A stretch of DNA of 64,000 bases from contig NC_083282.1 in NCBI RefSeq assembly GCF_963506605.1, positions 78,802,001 to 78,866,000 of the forward strand. Direction: 5' to 3'. This stretch comes from Zootoca vivipara. Taxonomy: Eukaryota. Position 1 is the first letter of the stretch; each line of letters opens with the position of its first letter. Both the position numbers and the translations under genes were made by a program. The notes beneath the pieces were generated by a model. It was not told where the DNA came from and searched no databases. It saw only the letters and a program-made list of their open reading frames with translations. This document shows positions 50,308 to 63,877 of the stretch, piece by piece.

Positions 50308-51108
50308 ATGAAATTTACTGCATGTAATGTATTGAAAGAGAATATGTTAAAAATGATGTGTAGATGGTATCTAACACTTGTCAAACTAGCAAAAATGCAT
50401 CATGCAACTGATAATAAATGTTGGAAATGCAAGGAAAAAGAAGGTACGTTTTACCACATGTGGTGGACCTGCCCCAGGATAAAAGACTTCTGGGGAAAAA
50501 ATTATAATGAATTTTAAAAGGTGTTCAAGAATACCTTTGTAAAAAAAAACTAGAGACCTTCTTTTTGCTTGGAGTAGTTGGAGATGAGATCCCCCCAAAA
50601 GATTGTACATTCTTTCTGTATGCCACAACTGCAGCTAGACTACTAATAGCTAAATTTTGGAAATCTCAAGAAATGCTCACAATCAATGACTGGCAGATAA
50701 AGATGATGGACTATATGGAACTCACCGAGATGACCGGAAGGATCCGTGACCAGAAGGAGGAGAAGGCTGAAGAAGATTGGAAGAAATTTAGAGACTATTT
50801 AAAGAAAAATTGCAAGATATAATTAACCTTTAAGGAAGCAGAGTATAGGCTTTAGGCAGTATAACAGAAATTTTATTTAGGATAGTAGGGTAAGATAAAT
50901 TTTTTTAAAAAATGTATGGTTTTAGAAGACGAACCTGCTGAATGTAAAAAAAATGGACAATGTAGCTCAGAGGGGGAGAATGAGGGAAGTCCCTATACAT
51001 TGAAAAGGATAATGTAATGAATGGTAAAAAATTTTTTAAGTGTTATGTGTTTGTTTGTTTGTTTGTTATTAGTGTATAAAATCAATAAAAATTATTCTTA
51101 AAAAACCC
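50308..51108 (+). mobile_element. L1-clade LINE, 5'-truncated
   Basis: ORF2 zinc knuckle CWKCKEKEGTFYHMWWTC, AATAAA and A-rich tail, 17-bp TSD CCGAAAGGGACAGAAGA (50291-50307 and 51109-51125). Confidence 0.9.
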
Positions 51109-52276
51109 CCGAAAGGGACAGAAGAGACCCTGGTTCAAGACCCCATCTGGCTTTAGTTGAGATTCCTGCATTGCAGGGGGTTGGTCTAGATGAGCCTCAG
51201 GATCCTTTCCAACTCTGCAGTTCTTTGATGCTTACTGGGTGACCTTAGGCCAGTCACTATGTCACATTCTCACCTACTTCACAGGGTTCTTGTGAGGATA
51301 CTGTGGAAGAGAACTGTGCACAGCACCTTTACCTCCTCAGAGTAAAGGCAGGAAATAAATGGAACAAATAAACTGTTACGCTCAGTTCTGCACTGCTTCA
51401 TAGGTCAGGCAATTGCTGAGTAAATTTTTAATGAAACAGAACAGCAGCCAGAGGTGAACGGCGGAGTCCTCTGATAGTCAAACTTGGCAGTGTTGTAAAA
51501 TATGTAGATTTCACCTGCGAAATGTTAAAGGGTATATTCTTCTGGGATTCAAGCAAAGTGTTAAGATGAGCCACTTTTACTCGCCAGATTTAAAAGAAAG
51601 TAAGAAATGAGGCAGGGGCTGATGTAAACTTTAAAAAAGTATCACGATCAAGGGACTTAATCTAATTATGGAAGAAATTTCTGGCGCTGACTTTTACTCG
51701 TCATATAATTAGGTGAATGAATGGATACTTCTCCAAGCATTGAAAAGCCTATTAGAGCTCTTGATTAATTATCCACATGACGTTATTTGTTATGCACAGA
51801 GCCTGATTAATCTTTCACTGACTTAGATAAAAAAAGAAAAGTTTGAAATAGAACACAGAGACTGTACTGGATTCATAGCTATTTCTAGGCTATGTTGCTT
51901 TATTGTCTTCTAATGAACAGTAGAAAGAACTATCCATTCTTTTTCTCCCTAGTATTTCTTCCTTGGATAAATGCACATAAGGGTTTTTTGTTTTGTTTTG
52001 AGCCACGGAAGGGCAGGCTACGTAGCTGTAGAGAACAATGCAGGAGAGACATGTTTGGTTGCAGCTGGGGCAGATGAAGGTGTCCGGACGCACCATTTGT
52101 TTATTCTCTCTGCACTCCACCCGTCCATCATTCCTCCTCTGGTCACTGCTATAGATACAGGACCTGGCTGTGTAGGATGGGTGGTGGTTAACAGATTGAG
52201 GTTGAATCATTTGACCTATCCAGGTCAGTCAGTCAAAATATGTTTTGATTAACCCAATAGTGAACCTTTTTAAAAA

Positions 52277-52600
52277 ATTATTTATTTATTTATTTATTTA
52301 CCTACCTATCGCCTATCTGGCTGGGTTTCCCCAGCCACTCTGGGCGGCTCCCAACAGAATATTAAAAACATGATAAAACATCAAACATTAAAAACTTCCC
52401 TAAACAGGGTTGCCTTCAGATGTCTTCTAAAAGTCAGATAGTTGTTTATTTCCTTGACATCTGATGGGAGGGCACCACTACTGAGAAGGCTTTCTCTCTC
52501 TCTGGTTTCCTGTCACCTCACTTCTCACAGTGAGGGAACCACCAGAAGGCCCTTGGAGCTGGACCTGAGTGTCCGGGCTGAACGATGGGGGTGGAGATGC
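52277..52600 (-). mobile_element. L2 3' fragment
   Basis: Matches 8845-9165, with a (TAAA)n tail. Confidence 0.88.
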
Positions 52601-54382
52601 TTTTGATTATCAGGACCCACCTTTGTGCATCTTGGAGACCCACTTCTTACTTTTTTTACAGCATATTTCTATGGTGGCCGCGCTACTATTGTCACCTGGT
52701 TTACGTTGAGTTGTGACCCAAGAGTGGGTGGGTCTTGATCTACCAGCTGAATGAAGGCCAACGGTTGAACCTAGCATTTCCCAGATTGGTGACCTTCACA
52801 TGTTTTTGAACTTCCCGCCAGCCCCAGTCAGTATATCTAATGGTTAGGGGGTGATGGGAGCTGAACTTCACCCAAATAGGAACAGCTGCTTTAACCAGTT
52901 ACATCATTACAAGACTTCAGTATCTTTGCTAAAAATAATATACAGCATTAATTTAAACTGTAGCAGAAGTGAAAACAAGCAAACAGGGTGATGGTAGGCA
53001 GTCCATATGTTTAAAGACACATCTTAATACATATGTACATTTTGACAGTTTATGGCATTTGTTGCAATACATTTTGTTCTGTTTCTGTGCGGCCAAGGAA
53101 ATATTGCAATTCTGACAGTAACGTATTTCTCTTGGTTAGGCAGAAAGTGAATTATTTACAAGTAAGTTATCAAAACCAGCCAAGTCATCTAAAAATTTCC
53201 TCCTGGGTTCAGTATAAACACCACATTAGAGTATATAATGATAAATGTAAAGCTTTCACTTTGAAATAATCTTTCTTAAGGAAACTTGTGGAATTCAGTC
53301 TTTATGAGTTGCAGTATGACCTGTTCTGGTCCAAAAGAAACACTTTGACAGTGGTCACAGTGGACCTTTCACTTGAGGTGTCTTTCTGGCTCTACAACAT
53401 GCCAGACCTACATGCTGCTTAAACAGTCAATCTTGCCTTTCCCTCATGTATCAAGTAGGCTGTCCAATTTAAGGACAACATACATACCGTTATAGCTATA
53501 ATATTTTCATTCTTTTATATATAATATTTTCATTTATAAAATGATGAAAAGCATCTTTCAAAACATTGCAAAACTGCTCTGGAATTTGGGGTGGGTGGCA
53601 AGATGCATTTAGTGATGTCACAGGTACTATGCAATAGGCGCCCTCCATGGCTATACTTTCTTCAGTTCACACTGAACCTCAGCAAATGCTTAAAGAACCA
53701 GCTTTTGAGAATGTATCCTGGTTCCTGGTGCAGAAATACATGTTGTACTGAACACAGTGGGGGACACTTCCTTCGCTGCTCATAAAAAATTACCGGTATG
53801 TCCGCCCTGGGCAGAGTTCTCATGCCAATGTAATACTTCCCATGTGTGTTTCTTCACAAGACTAGTTCCATAGCATGTGTGTGGAGGAACTGGCTCGAAA
53901 ACAAATAGAACTATACAATGCCTTGGACAGCTCAAGACTTTGAGCACATAATTAAGCTTAAAGTCAAATGGTAATTAAGCCTGGAGAGTCCCAAACATGA
54001 AGGAAATGATTTCATAAGAGGATGCCAGGGCATGCCAACATGTGTTACTAGCCTGATGCCCACCAGGGGAAGGGCTACAGCTCAGTCATAGAGGATCTGC
54101 TTTGCATGCAGAAGTTCCCAGGTTTAATCCCTGTCCATCTCCTGATAGGGTTGGGAAAGGCTGTTGCCTGAAACCCTGGAGAGCCATGCTTAGCCAGTGC
54201 AGAACTACTGAGCTTAATGGGCCGATGGTCTGATTTGGCATAGGGCAATTTCCCCCTCTCCCTTGAGGTCTTCATTTCTGATTCCGCAGGTCCTACGCTG
54301 TTATTTGGTTGTGTGGCTACTCTGGATTTTGCTCACCACCTCTTTCAGTAATTCTTCACCCTTTTTTGCAGTCTGATGAAAT

Positions 54383-55337
54383 AAAGGTTAAAGGACCTCT
54401 GGACAGTAAAGTCCAGTCGAATTCAACTACCGGTGCTCATCTCTGCTTTCAGGTTGAGAGAGGCGATGCAATTCTGGGCTGCATGAATAGGAGTATAGCA
54501 TCTAGATCATGGGAAGTAATAGTACCACTGTACTGGTCAGACCTCACCTGGAGTACTGTGTCCAGTTCTGGGCACCACAGTTCAAGAAGGATACTGACAA
54601 GCTGGAACATGTCCAGAGGAGGGCAACCAAAATGGTCAAAGGGCTGGAAACAATGCCTTATGAGGAACGGCTTAGGGAGCTGGGTATGTTTAGCCTGGAG
54701 AAGAGAAGGTTAAGGGGTGATATGTTAGCCATGTTCAAATATATAAAAGAGGGAGAAAGGTTGTTTTCTGCTGCTCCAGAGAAGCGGACACAGAGCAATG
54801 GATTCAAGCTACAAGAAAGAAGATTCCACCTAAACATTAGGAAGAACTTCCTGACAGTAAGAGCTGTTCAACAGTGGAACTTGCTGCCAAGGAGTGTGGT
54901 GGAGTCTCCTTCTTTGGGGGTCTTTAAGTGGAGGCTTGACAGCCATCTGTCAGGAATGCTTTGATGGTGTTTCCTGCTTGGCAGGGGGTTGGCCTGGATG
55001 GCCCTTGTGGTCTCTTCCAACTCTATGGTTCTATGATTCTATGACATTTGTCTGCAGGCAGCTTTTCTGGGTCATGTGGCCAGCATGACTAAACCGCTTC
55101 TGACGCAACAGGACACCATGATGGAAGCCATATACCACAGGGAAACGCCATTTACCTACCTGCCGCAGCGGTACTTATTCATCTACTCACGCTGGTATGC
55201 TTTAGAACTGCTAGGTTGGCAGGAGCTGAGACAGAGCAATGGGAGTTCACCCCCTCACGCAGATTTGAACTGCCGACCTTGCGATCAGCAAGCCACGAGG
55301 CTCGGTGGTTTTTAGACCATGGCACAACCACATCCCT
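54383..55337 (-). mobile_element. Sauria SINE split by a CR1 insertion
   Basis: The 3' part is at 54383-54460 (GGTGCTCATCTC) and the rest at 55045-55337 (GGTCATGTGGCCAGC...CTGCTAGGTTGGCAGGAGCTG). Confidence 0.8.
54463..55043 (+). mobile_element. CR1 LINE 3' fragment
   Basis: [20 protein letters not shown]...[21 protein letters not shown] and an (ATTCTATG)-type tail. Confidence 0.93.
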
Positions 55338-57059
55338 GCTCTGGTGAAGAGCACTTAAAGTAGACAGAGACTGGAAGAGGCAGTATTTCACTATGTAAGA
55401 TTGAGGCAGGCATCAAGGGTTGGCATGGCTGGGCATCTGTCTGAAGTCCATCGGGAGCCACTGCCAGTGGTCAGAGTGGACAATAGGGAGCTAGATGGAT
55501 TCAGGGTCTGACTTTGTAAAAAAAACAAAAACAGGTTCCCATTATTGGTTCTCAGTCCCACTTCCTCTCAACTAAGGGGCCGAGGATGCCTCACTCATGG
55601 CCTCTCTATACCTTGTTGAATGCACTGTGTATGTCCCCACTCTGAAGGTCACCCCCCCCCCAAAGTGTTCAAACTGACTCTGGCCAAATAAGCAATAAAT
55701 AACAATTGCTCTTCAGGTGTCCAACTGCCAGGGGTCACTCACAATCTACCACAAAAGGAAGAAATTGCTGGGCGCTGTTGCAGGCTCCTGCGGACATTGG
55801 CACGTGGCCCCTCTGTTGCAAAATAACTGCTGCCCCCCCCCCAACACACCGAATGTATCCGTGCAGTTGCTAAGGAACAAGAACTCTGCTTCCATCTCCA
55901 AATTTAATTTTTTCCCCTCTCATGACTTTACCTTGAGAAATCACTCCCCTCTGACACAAATGGAGGTCTCCTTGAACCCAGATGCTGAAAATAAGACTAA
56001 ATCCTATACTGTACAGCAAAATAATAATAATAAAATAAAAATGCTGCCACATAAGCTGGGGTTAGTCCTCTCTGCTGGAGGAAGGTCAACTTTGTGAAGC
56101 ATCGGAAGGACTCTGCTTTTTATTTCATAGTTGTGGGAACTGGCCGTGCCATAAGTTATTATTTTTTTTAAGAATAGCTCTACTGATGTACAACACAGAG
56201 AGAGAAGTGGGATTGTGCTGCTAGCCCAAATTCGGCCATTTGGCATAATGGCTGAAATAGCCTCCATGAGTGGAGGCTGCTCTATTAGGGTGGGTGGGCA
56301 CTGCCCTACCACTCTCAATCTGCTCTTTGGCAGCCCCACCTGCCTTGTCTTTCTTCCTTACACCCAGCCCAGGGAGTGGCAATCATGCCAGCTTCTTAGG
56401 CCACACTCATGGCATATGTTTTAATCACTATGATGCCACTTTAAACTGTCATGGCTTCCCCCAAAGCATTCTGGGAGCTGTAGTTTGTTAAGGGGGCCAA
56501 GAGTTGGGTAGGGTTCCCTGTGAAAAGTAGCCCTGGGAGCAAAATCGGGGCCTCTGAACTCATCCATCTATTCCGCCGCCCTCCCACGCCCCGCAAATGT
56601 TGCAGCTTCTGCAGTATTACTCGTCTCAGTACTCTTAACACTCTATTGCATCACTTGGTATACATTTTTATAGCAATAAAAATATTTTTTAAACTTATGC
56701 AAAGGGCCTGAAGGTGGCAGTGTAAGATGCAAAAATAAGTCACACTTATTGCAGGTTCCAATTTTGCTTGGACTGTACAGTTAGGTTAGAAGGCTGCCTC
56801 GGCATGAGGGCCTCATTCTCACTGTCTAAAAATTCGCTTTGTAGGTTGCTTGCTCCTTCATTTCTTTTGCAGCAACCACATGGCGTTTCTACTGACAAGG
56901 TGATTATGTTGGTTTATTTGAAGCTTTTCCCAAGCCCCATCCTCTCTCCTTACTCCTTCAGCTTGCAAAAGCTCTCTTTGTCCTCCTGTTGGTGTGTGTG
57001 TGCGTTGTAAGGCATATAAAGCAGCAATGTGAGATGCAGTCTAGTAACACGACAAAACC

Positions 57060-57100
<41 letters not shown>

Positions 57101-57364
57101 CCACACAAAACACTCCCCCAGAGTGCATGGATTTTCTTTCTTTTGCATACTGGAATGGAGCCCCCTGTACAAAGACAAGAATCAAATTTGTTGCTCCACT
57201 CCTCTTTGTCTCTGACCCCCACCCACTGCTGGCATGTGGCCCCTGAGAGGTTTCCAACAAAGAAATGTGGCCCTTGTGCTGAGCATAGGCCCCTACAACA
57301 GTTTTATGGAATGCTGCTTCCTGGAATCAGTACAGGTGAGAGGTGGCCTATAAATAATTTAGAT

Positions 57365-57717
57365 CAGTGGATCCCAATTAGCTAAATACTGCGGGGGCCC
57401 TGTTTTTTAAAAGCCAAGCCATGGGCCCCTTACTTTTGAAAATGTTGATATTTTTGTGGAAGTTTGTGTTATGAAAGTGGTGTCACCAAACCCACCAACA
57501 GGATGTGCATCTCACATGACTTGTGTGACAGCACGGCGCCCCAAAACATGTTTTGGGGCGCCATGACCTCACGTGAGATACCTGTCTGGCCCCTATCTCA
57601 CATGTTTTGGGATGCTGTGCTGTCATGCGAGAGCATGGCCCCCCAGAACAGGATGTCTTGGACAGTTGATGGGTAGATGCTATGGACCCACTGCAGACCA
57701 CCAGTTGGGAACCCCTG
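57365..57717. mobile_element. hAT MITE with a palindromic core
   Basis: CAGTGGATCCCAA / TTGGGAACCCCTG termini, TSD ATTTAGAT/ATTTAGCT (one mismatch), internal palindrome GGCGCCCCAAAACATGTTTTGGGGCGCC. Confidence 0.78.
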
Positions 57718-58919
57718 ATTTAGCTTAATATGCCCCACAAATCACTGTATCCACAATTGTGAGGCCTAAGGAGGTTATGATGATGCCTCCTCAGCTCTTG
57801 CCTTTGGCACATGGCAGCTGAGTGGCTATAAAGGTGGGCCTTTTACCTCTTCCCCAACAAAACACAGCAGGTAACAGCTGCAACATTCAGCATTGCCTGG
57901 TCTTCTTCCTGAGCGGGATTGCAGTTTTAAGGCAACTTCTGTCCCTGGTTGGAAGCTGGCAGATGAGAGCTGGTGCTGGGCCCGGGGCAAGATGCACGAT
58001 CGAAGACTGCCCTCCCTAAATCTTCCTACAAGCCAAATGTTGCTAGTTTCTTTAAACAAGTTTTGAAGTGGCTTAGGTTTCCCTTAGGGTGGGAAAGATT
58101 GAAAATAAATGAACAGCATTTATCAGAATGGGATAGTTAATAGGCTTATTAAAAACAACACTGTTCACAAAACCGAGTGAAAATAAACAAACTTAACATT
58201 TTTAGCTCTGATACATTACTAAACTACTTAATTAGCAGTGCTATTACATTTGAATGAAAACATACTGCTTATGACTGATCATCAGTCTATTGGCCTGCAG
58301 CACATTGAACAGGGCTTTGCAGACTTTTCTATTAGCAAATAATTCAACAATATCACCAAAGCTTAATTTTCCTGCAAGTTTTGATTCAATGGCCAAGGTT
58401 CCCAAATAGTGAGGCGCTCTTCAGCTACAGTCTCTGGGAAAGCAGTCATGGGCTCAAGGTGTATGCTCTGCTTTGCCATGTCTGAATCATATTAATAAAT
58501 ATTGATGCTTACAGATCAATAGATGGGGCAATATAGTCACTCTGTGGTTTGTTGAGACAGGAGCAAGGACACTGTATCTTGGTATTCGGGAGCCACCTAG
58601 TGTCGTGGCTCCCCAAATAAAGGTGAGCCTATAACACTGCAGCACAAAGACACACATTCAGAATGTTATTGGAGGCACCAGTGTGAGGTTTTATATAATC
58701 AAAACCTGGGAAAGAAATATAGTTTCAGGCTGTTACAAAAATGTAATACAGAGCAGAGAACAGCCCCAACAGTTCATATAGTGCATGGATGCTCTTGTGG
58801 CCACTTGTGTATAATTTATTTGCAGGTGTTTGTTTACCAGCATGCTTCATGCTTATATGGATAAATTATGTAAGGCTGCTTACAAGGTCCTGGGCTTATT
58901 TACTGATGTATAAGGAAGT

Positions 58920-59553
58920 GAGAGAAGACTCCCTGGAAAAGACCCTGATGTTGGGAAAGATGGACGGCACAAGGAGAAGGGGACGACTGAGGACGAGATG
59001 GTTGAACAGTGTTCTCGAAGCCACCAACATGAGTCTGACCAAACTGTGGGAGGCAGTGGAAGACAGGAGTGCCTGGCGTGCTATGGTCCATGGGGTCACG
59101 AAGAGTCGGACACGACTAAATGACTAAACAACAACAAGGAAGTGAGAGCTGGACCATAAAGGCTGATCGCCGAAGAATTGATGCTTTTGAATTATGGTGC
59201 TGGAGGAGACTCTTGAGAGTCCCATGGACTGCAAGAAGATCAAACCTATCCATTCTGAAGGAAATCAGCCCTGAGTGCTCACTGGAAGGACAGATCCTAA
59301 AGCTGAGGCTCCAATACTTTGGCCATCTCATAAGAGAAGAGAAGACTCCCTGGAAAAGACCCTGATGGTGGGAAAGATTGAAGGCACAAGGAGAAGGGGA
59401 TGACAGAGGACGAGATGGCTGGACAGTGTTCTCAAAGCTACGAACACGAGTCTGACCAAACTGCGGGAGGCAGTGGAAGACAGGAGTGCCTGGCATGCTT
59501 TGGTCCATGGGGTCACGAAAAGTCGGACACGACTAAACAACTAAACAACAACA
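58920..59553 (+). mobile_element. Two head-to-tail Bov-B 3' fragments (58920-59136 and 59137-59553)
   Basis: Each ends GGGGTCACGAA.AGTCGGACACGACTAAA...(CAA)n. Remnants include ESWTIK...IDAFELWCWRRLLRVPWTARRSN. Confidence 0.92.
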
Positions 59554-60074
59554 AGGACCAAACTACAAACAACCAGCAGCACAGCCTTGGCTGGACCTCC
59601 AGTCCGAAGTCAAGGTGCCACAGCTAGGCACAGGCGAACATGTCAGGTTTGCTTTCTCTGTTTCTTGTTTTTCCAATCTTAATTGCAGTTCTCCACATTT
59701 CCACATCAATTTGCATTTTTTTTAAAAAAAAGTCCTCCTGAAAACCCTTCAGCGAATTTCTCCCAATATACACAATTTTGTATGCAATTTCCCGTAATAG
59801 GTACATTTTTGGAAAGCAATCCCCCCCCATATAATGCATTTTTATATGCCATTTTCACAAATGCATGGATTTGTAGGCACCTTTATTTGAGTTCATACAT
59901 TTTTCACACATTACTTGGCTGGTCGAAGTGGACTGCAAAATTAAGATGAGTGCGAATTTTGAAGAATAGCTGTGTTTCACTTCAGATATTGGTCCAATAA
60001 GTGAAGATTATGCAGGTTTGCCTTTAAATAGGAGCCAAATCCAATTTCTCCCCCATTGTTTGATGGATTTCCGT

Positions 60075-60148
60075 ATTTTAGTGTTTTGTTGGAAGCCACC
60101 CAGAGTGGCTGGGGGAACCCGGCCAGATGGGCGGGGTATAAATAATAA

Positions 60149-60190
<42 letters not shown>
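60075..60190 (+). mobile_element. L2 3' terminus with (TTA)n tail
   Basis: GTTGGAAGCCACCCAGAGTGGCTGGGG...GATGGGCGGGGTA followed by (TTA)n. Confidence 0.85.
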
Positions 60191-60191
<1 letters not shown>

Positions 60192-61875
60192 CTACCCATA
60201 GCCTTGGGAACCGTAGTTTTTGCCACCACCAGTTTTACAGTTTGGCTACTCCCACTTTGGCATCCCCCAGTCTGGTTGGATCACAGGTCAATGCGACCCT
60301 CAGCCTGAAAAAACCAAGCTGCCCCTGCAATAGTACAAAAAACCCAAAACCATCCTAAAGTGTTTGCCAGCCTCTCATTACAAAGACTGAGTAAGTGCAG
60401 TTTTGCATTTTAAACTCACTTAAATAATAGCACCATCATGACTACACAAATAAAATTTGTTTGCTTCTGCTGCCTTGAAGCTAAGCACATTTTCATGCAC
60501 AGTTTTGTGGCAGGAAATGATACATTTTTGAAGTTAAAAACAATAAAACAAGCACCTGGAACCATGTACATAAGACCATTAAGTCCAGGGTCTAAAATTA
60601 CCTAGCTGACTTTAGCCTGAAGCCTTGTGAAAACTGATGAAAGTTACATAAGCATAACAGATAGCAGGGCTGGGCTCTTTATTCCTGTTTAGCTGACGTT
60701 TGTATCTGGAGCAGGCCCGAAAAGTGGAAAGGAAGTGATATTCCTATTAGGCAGAGAGAAGACACAGCTGCTGCTAGTCTAGTGCGAGCTCAACATGCCA
60801 TTTTTTTTCTTCCAAGCCTGCAGTTTATCAGGTGTGCCCTGCAGTATTGACTTTGATGGTGATTGCTGCGGAGGGTTCTGCGTTATGCTGGTTTAAGGAA
60901 TGAAGAAAGAAGGGGAAATTGATGCCAGAAGGAAACAAAGAGGGAGATTTCATTAATGCTAATTAAATTCTTAAATCTTTCTTTAGGCTAATGGCAAGGG
61001 ACACCTGGATGAGGGTTTGGCTGCCAACTGACCAGAAATAATCATCCTGGTGTGTTCCTGCACTATTAACAGTTAACAGGAGCTTGATCTACAGAACTCG
61101 GCAGGTTCTGCTTTTCACACCTATGGAGATAATCTCTTCAAATTTCTCCAGCTGAAAGCCCTGTTCAAGGTACCAGAGCAATGGCGGCTAAAAATCCCAT
61201 TTTGGGGTTTAAAAGCGTTTTTTCTTTTCTTTTAAACGTGTATACTTCTGGAAGCTTAGGCAATCTTGCAAGTACAAGACTGCCAAGTTACATTTGAGAG
61301 ATTTTTCACTACAAAATGATAGAATTGGATACGCAAGCATACGAGTTCGTTATTAGAAGGAATAAGTATGCAGAGGCACTGCTGTTTGATGAACGCATTT
61401 TAATATTTTGAAGTATTTGAAAGTGTCTTGAGCGATTATTGTAAGCAGGCCTATTAACTTCTGAGTAAACATGCACGGGAACATGGTGAATGTGATCGGA
61501 TGTAGACATTGTGGAGTTTTCTTGTTTGGGCCCCCAAATACCTGCTGATGCATGACTTGTCATGAGGTAAAGAACAGAGGTGGAAAACCAGCAATTTATT
61601 TGAACTGTTGGAGTGATTACTTGGGCCTAGATCTCACTGACTAGAGGCAATTGATGTAGGAGGCAATATTATATAAAATTAGCATGTGCAAATTTTATTC
61701 AGATCTGTGCCATGGGCACTGTGCCAGTACTGTCCATGGCTTTGTGCACACAAAACTAGATGTCAGGAAGAAAGCTCATCGCTGACATCCTGGTTTTCTT
61801 TTTAACTTACAGCAGAGCATCCAGTCATGTGAGCCTCACCTTCACTCTGAATTACCAGAGTCTAGACACAGGTTT

Positions 61876-62223
61876 GTCTTTGGAGTGGCTTGCCAGTTCC
61901 TTCTCCAGGTGGATCACGTTTAGTCAAAACTCTCCACTATGACCTGTCCATCTTGGGTGGCCCTGCACAGCATAGCTCATAGCTTCTCTGAGTTTGGCCA
62001 CCTCATGAGAAGAGAAGACTCCCTGGAAAAGACCCTGATGTTGGGAAAGATGGAGGGCACTAGGAGAAGGGGACGACAGAGGATGAGATGGTTGGACAGT
62101 GTTCTCAAAGCTACGAACATGAGTTTGACCAAACTGCGGGAGGCAGTGGAAGACAGGAGCGCCTGGCGTGCTATGGTCCATGGGGTCACGAAGAGTCGGA
62201 CACGACTAAACGACTAAACAACA
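61876..62223 (+). mobile_element. Internally deleted Bov-B (5'-region segment fused to the 3' end)
   Basis: 12-bp TSD AGACACAGGTTT (61864-61875 and 62224-62235). A Bov-B 5'-region segment is joined at about 61995 to the RT C-terminus. Confidence 0.8.
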
Positions 62224-63437
62224 AGACACAGGTTTACCATCCCACTTAGTTTTAGACCAGAGCCCAGAGAAACCCTAACAGGGCAAAACAATATTCAGGT
62301 GAAATATTAGAAGTTACCAAAAGGTCAAGGAAAGAAACCCCACCAAGGTTTTCAGCTATAAATTTTCGTAGGCTGTTGTTTAGATGAGGAGCACACCTTT
62401 TGAACGAGTTGAGTAAAAATATTTAGAATCCAATAAATCATCAGGCAACTTGGCAAGCATTCTGGCTCGGACCCAGCTGCCACTCTGAGCTGAAACTTTA
62501 GGCAGCAGAAGCAAGCCAATGCCAAAAGTAGCAGCCTGCAAAGTTAGGAAGCCAAGGGCTGCATGCGAACCATACATTTAAAACACATTCCTTCCACATC
62601 CTAGGAACTGGTTTACCTGCCCCCACCAGGACTGTAATCCCCAGCGCCAACAACAATGCACATGATTCAGTTGTTGGGGAGGGGGAGAATGTGCTTTAAA
62701 TGTATGTTGCGTACTCAACCCAAGGACACATGGTTAGGAAGAGAAAGGCTGGCCCTGGCAAGATCAGGTGCAGGAAAATTGTGTCACCTTGACAAGCATG
62801 AATATGCATGGGCTATTTTTGGCAGTGCTTGTGATAGTAAAAAAAAAAAGACCACCCCCGATTCTCTGTTTCATTCAGTGTCTGCAAGTCACACGTAGCT
62901 CATGTTCTCCAACTACTCTGGACTCTTCCCAATCGGAAGTGGAATGTGGAGTATCACGTTGTGCAGGGTTTATATTGCTTTAGGTATCGGGAGAATGCCT
63001 TCACCTCCTACTCAGGGCCTCAGATGGAAATGGGGAGGGGGTTGGGTTACCAGGATCTCCTGTCCAGGATCTTTCTGTCCAGCAGTCCTTTTCCTTCTCT
63101 TGGGAGCAAAGGAGGCTGCCTTACACTGAGTCAGACCACTGGCGACACTGGCTAGCTGTGACTTTCCAGATTTTCAGGTTGATCTCTTTCCCAGCCCTAC
63201 CTGGAAGTGCCAGAGGCTGACCCTGGGACCTTTTGCATGCAGAGTATATGCTCTGCAAGGGAGCTATGGCTCTTCCCCCACTTGACTGATCCACTGCTCA
63301 GCCTAGGGCAATGCAGTGGTGGCTGGTGGGATGGCCAAGGGGGACATTGGAGGGGGGATCAAGGGGGCCAGTGGAGGCAGAACCATTTTTTCCTACTTTT
63401 CTGCCCTTCCTCCTCCCTTGCAAAGGGAGCTATAGAC

Positions 63438-63563
63438 CTGGTGTGGGAACCAAATGCTGCTGAACTACAACTCCCATCATCTCTGGCCATTGGCCATGCC
63501 TGCTGAGGCTGATGGGAACTGCAGATCAACAGCTGCTGCAGGGCCAAAGGTTCCCCACACCTG
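63438..63563. mobile_element. URR1-like hAT MITE
   Basis: GGTGTGGGAACC / GGTTCCCCACACCTG termini, TSD CTATAGAC/CTGTAGAC, ACTACAACTCCCA core. Confidence 0.75.
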
Positions 63564-63877
63564 CTGTAGACGCGTAGGCAATGCAGTAGTATTGTTAACT
63601 CAGGCTCCGACTGAACTCAACTCTGTGAGGTAGTTTAGACTTAAGAGACTCTGTTTGGGCAACCCCTTCGCTTATTAATATAGCAGAAAATGGGCAAGAG
63701 CTCGTCTCACAACAAATGCCCATACTGGAAGCACCTTGTATGAATGAACACAATTCAAAAACATTTCATTTGGGCCAATTTGGGCGATAGCTCTGGGATG
63801 GCCAATTCACATATTCAACTCATTTGATGCACTGGCCATGAACTATATGCACCAGCTATCCGTCTTTGTTATGGAAC

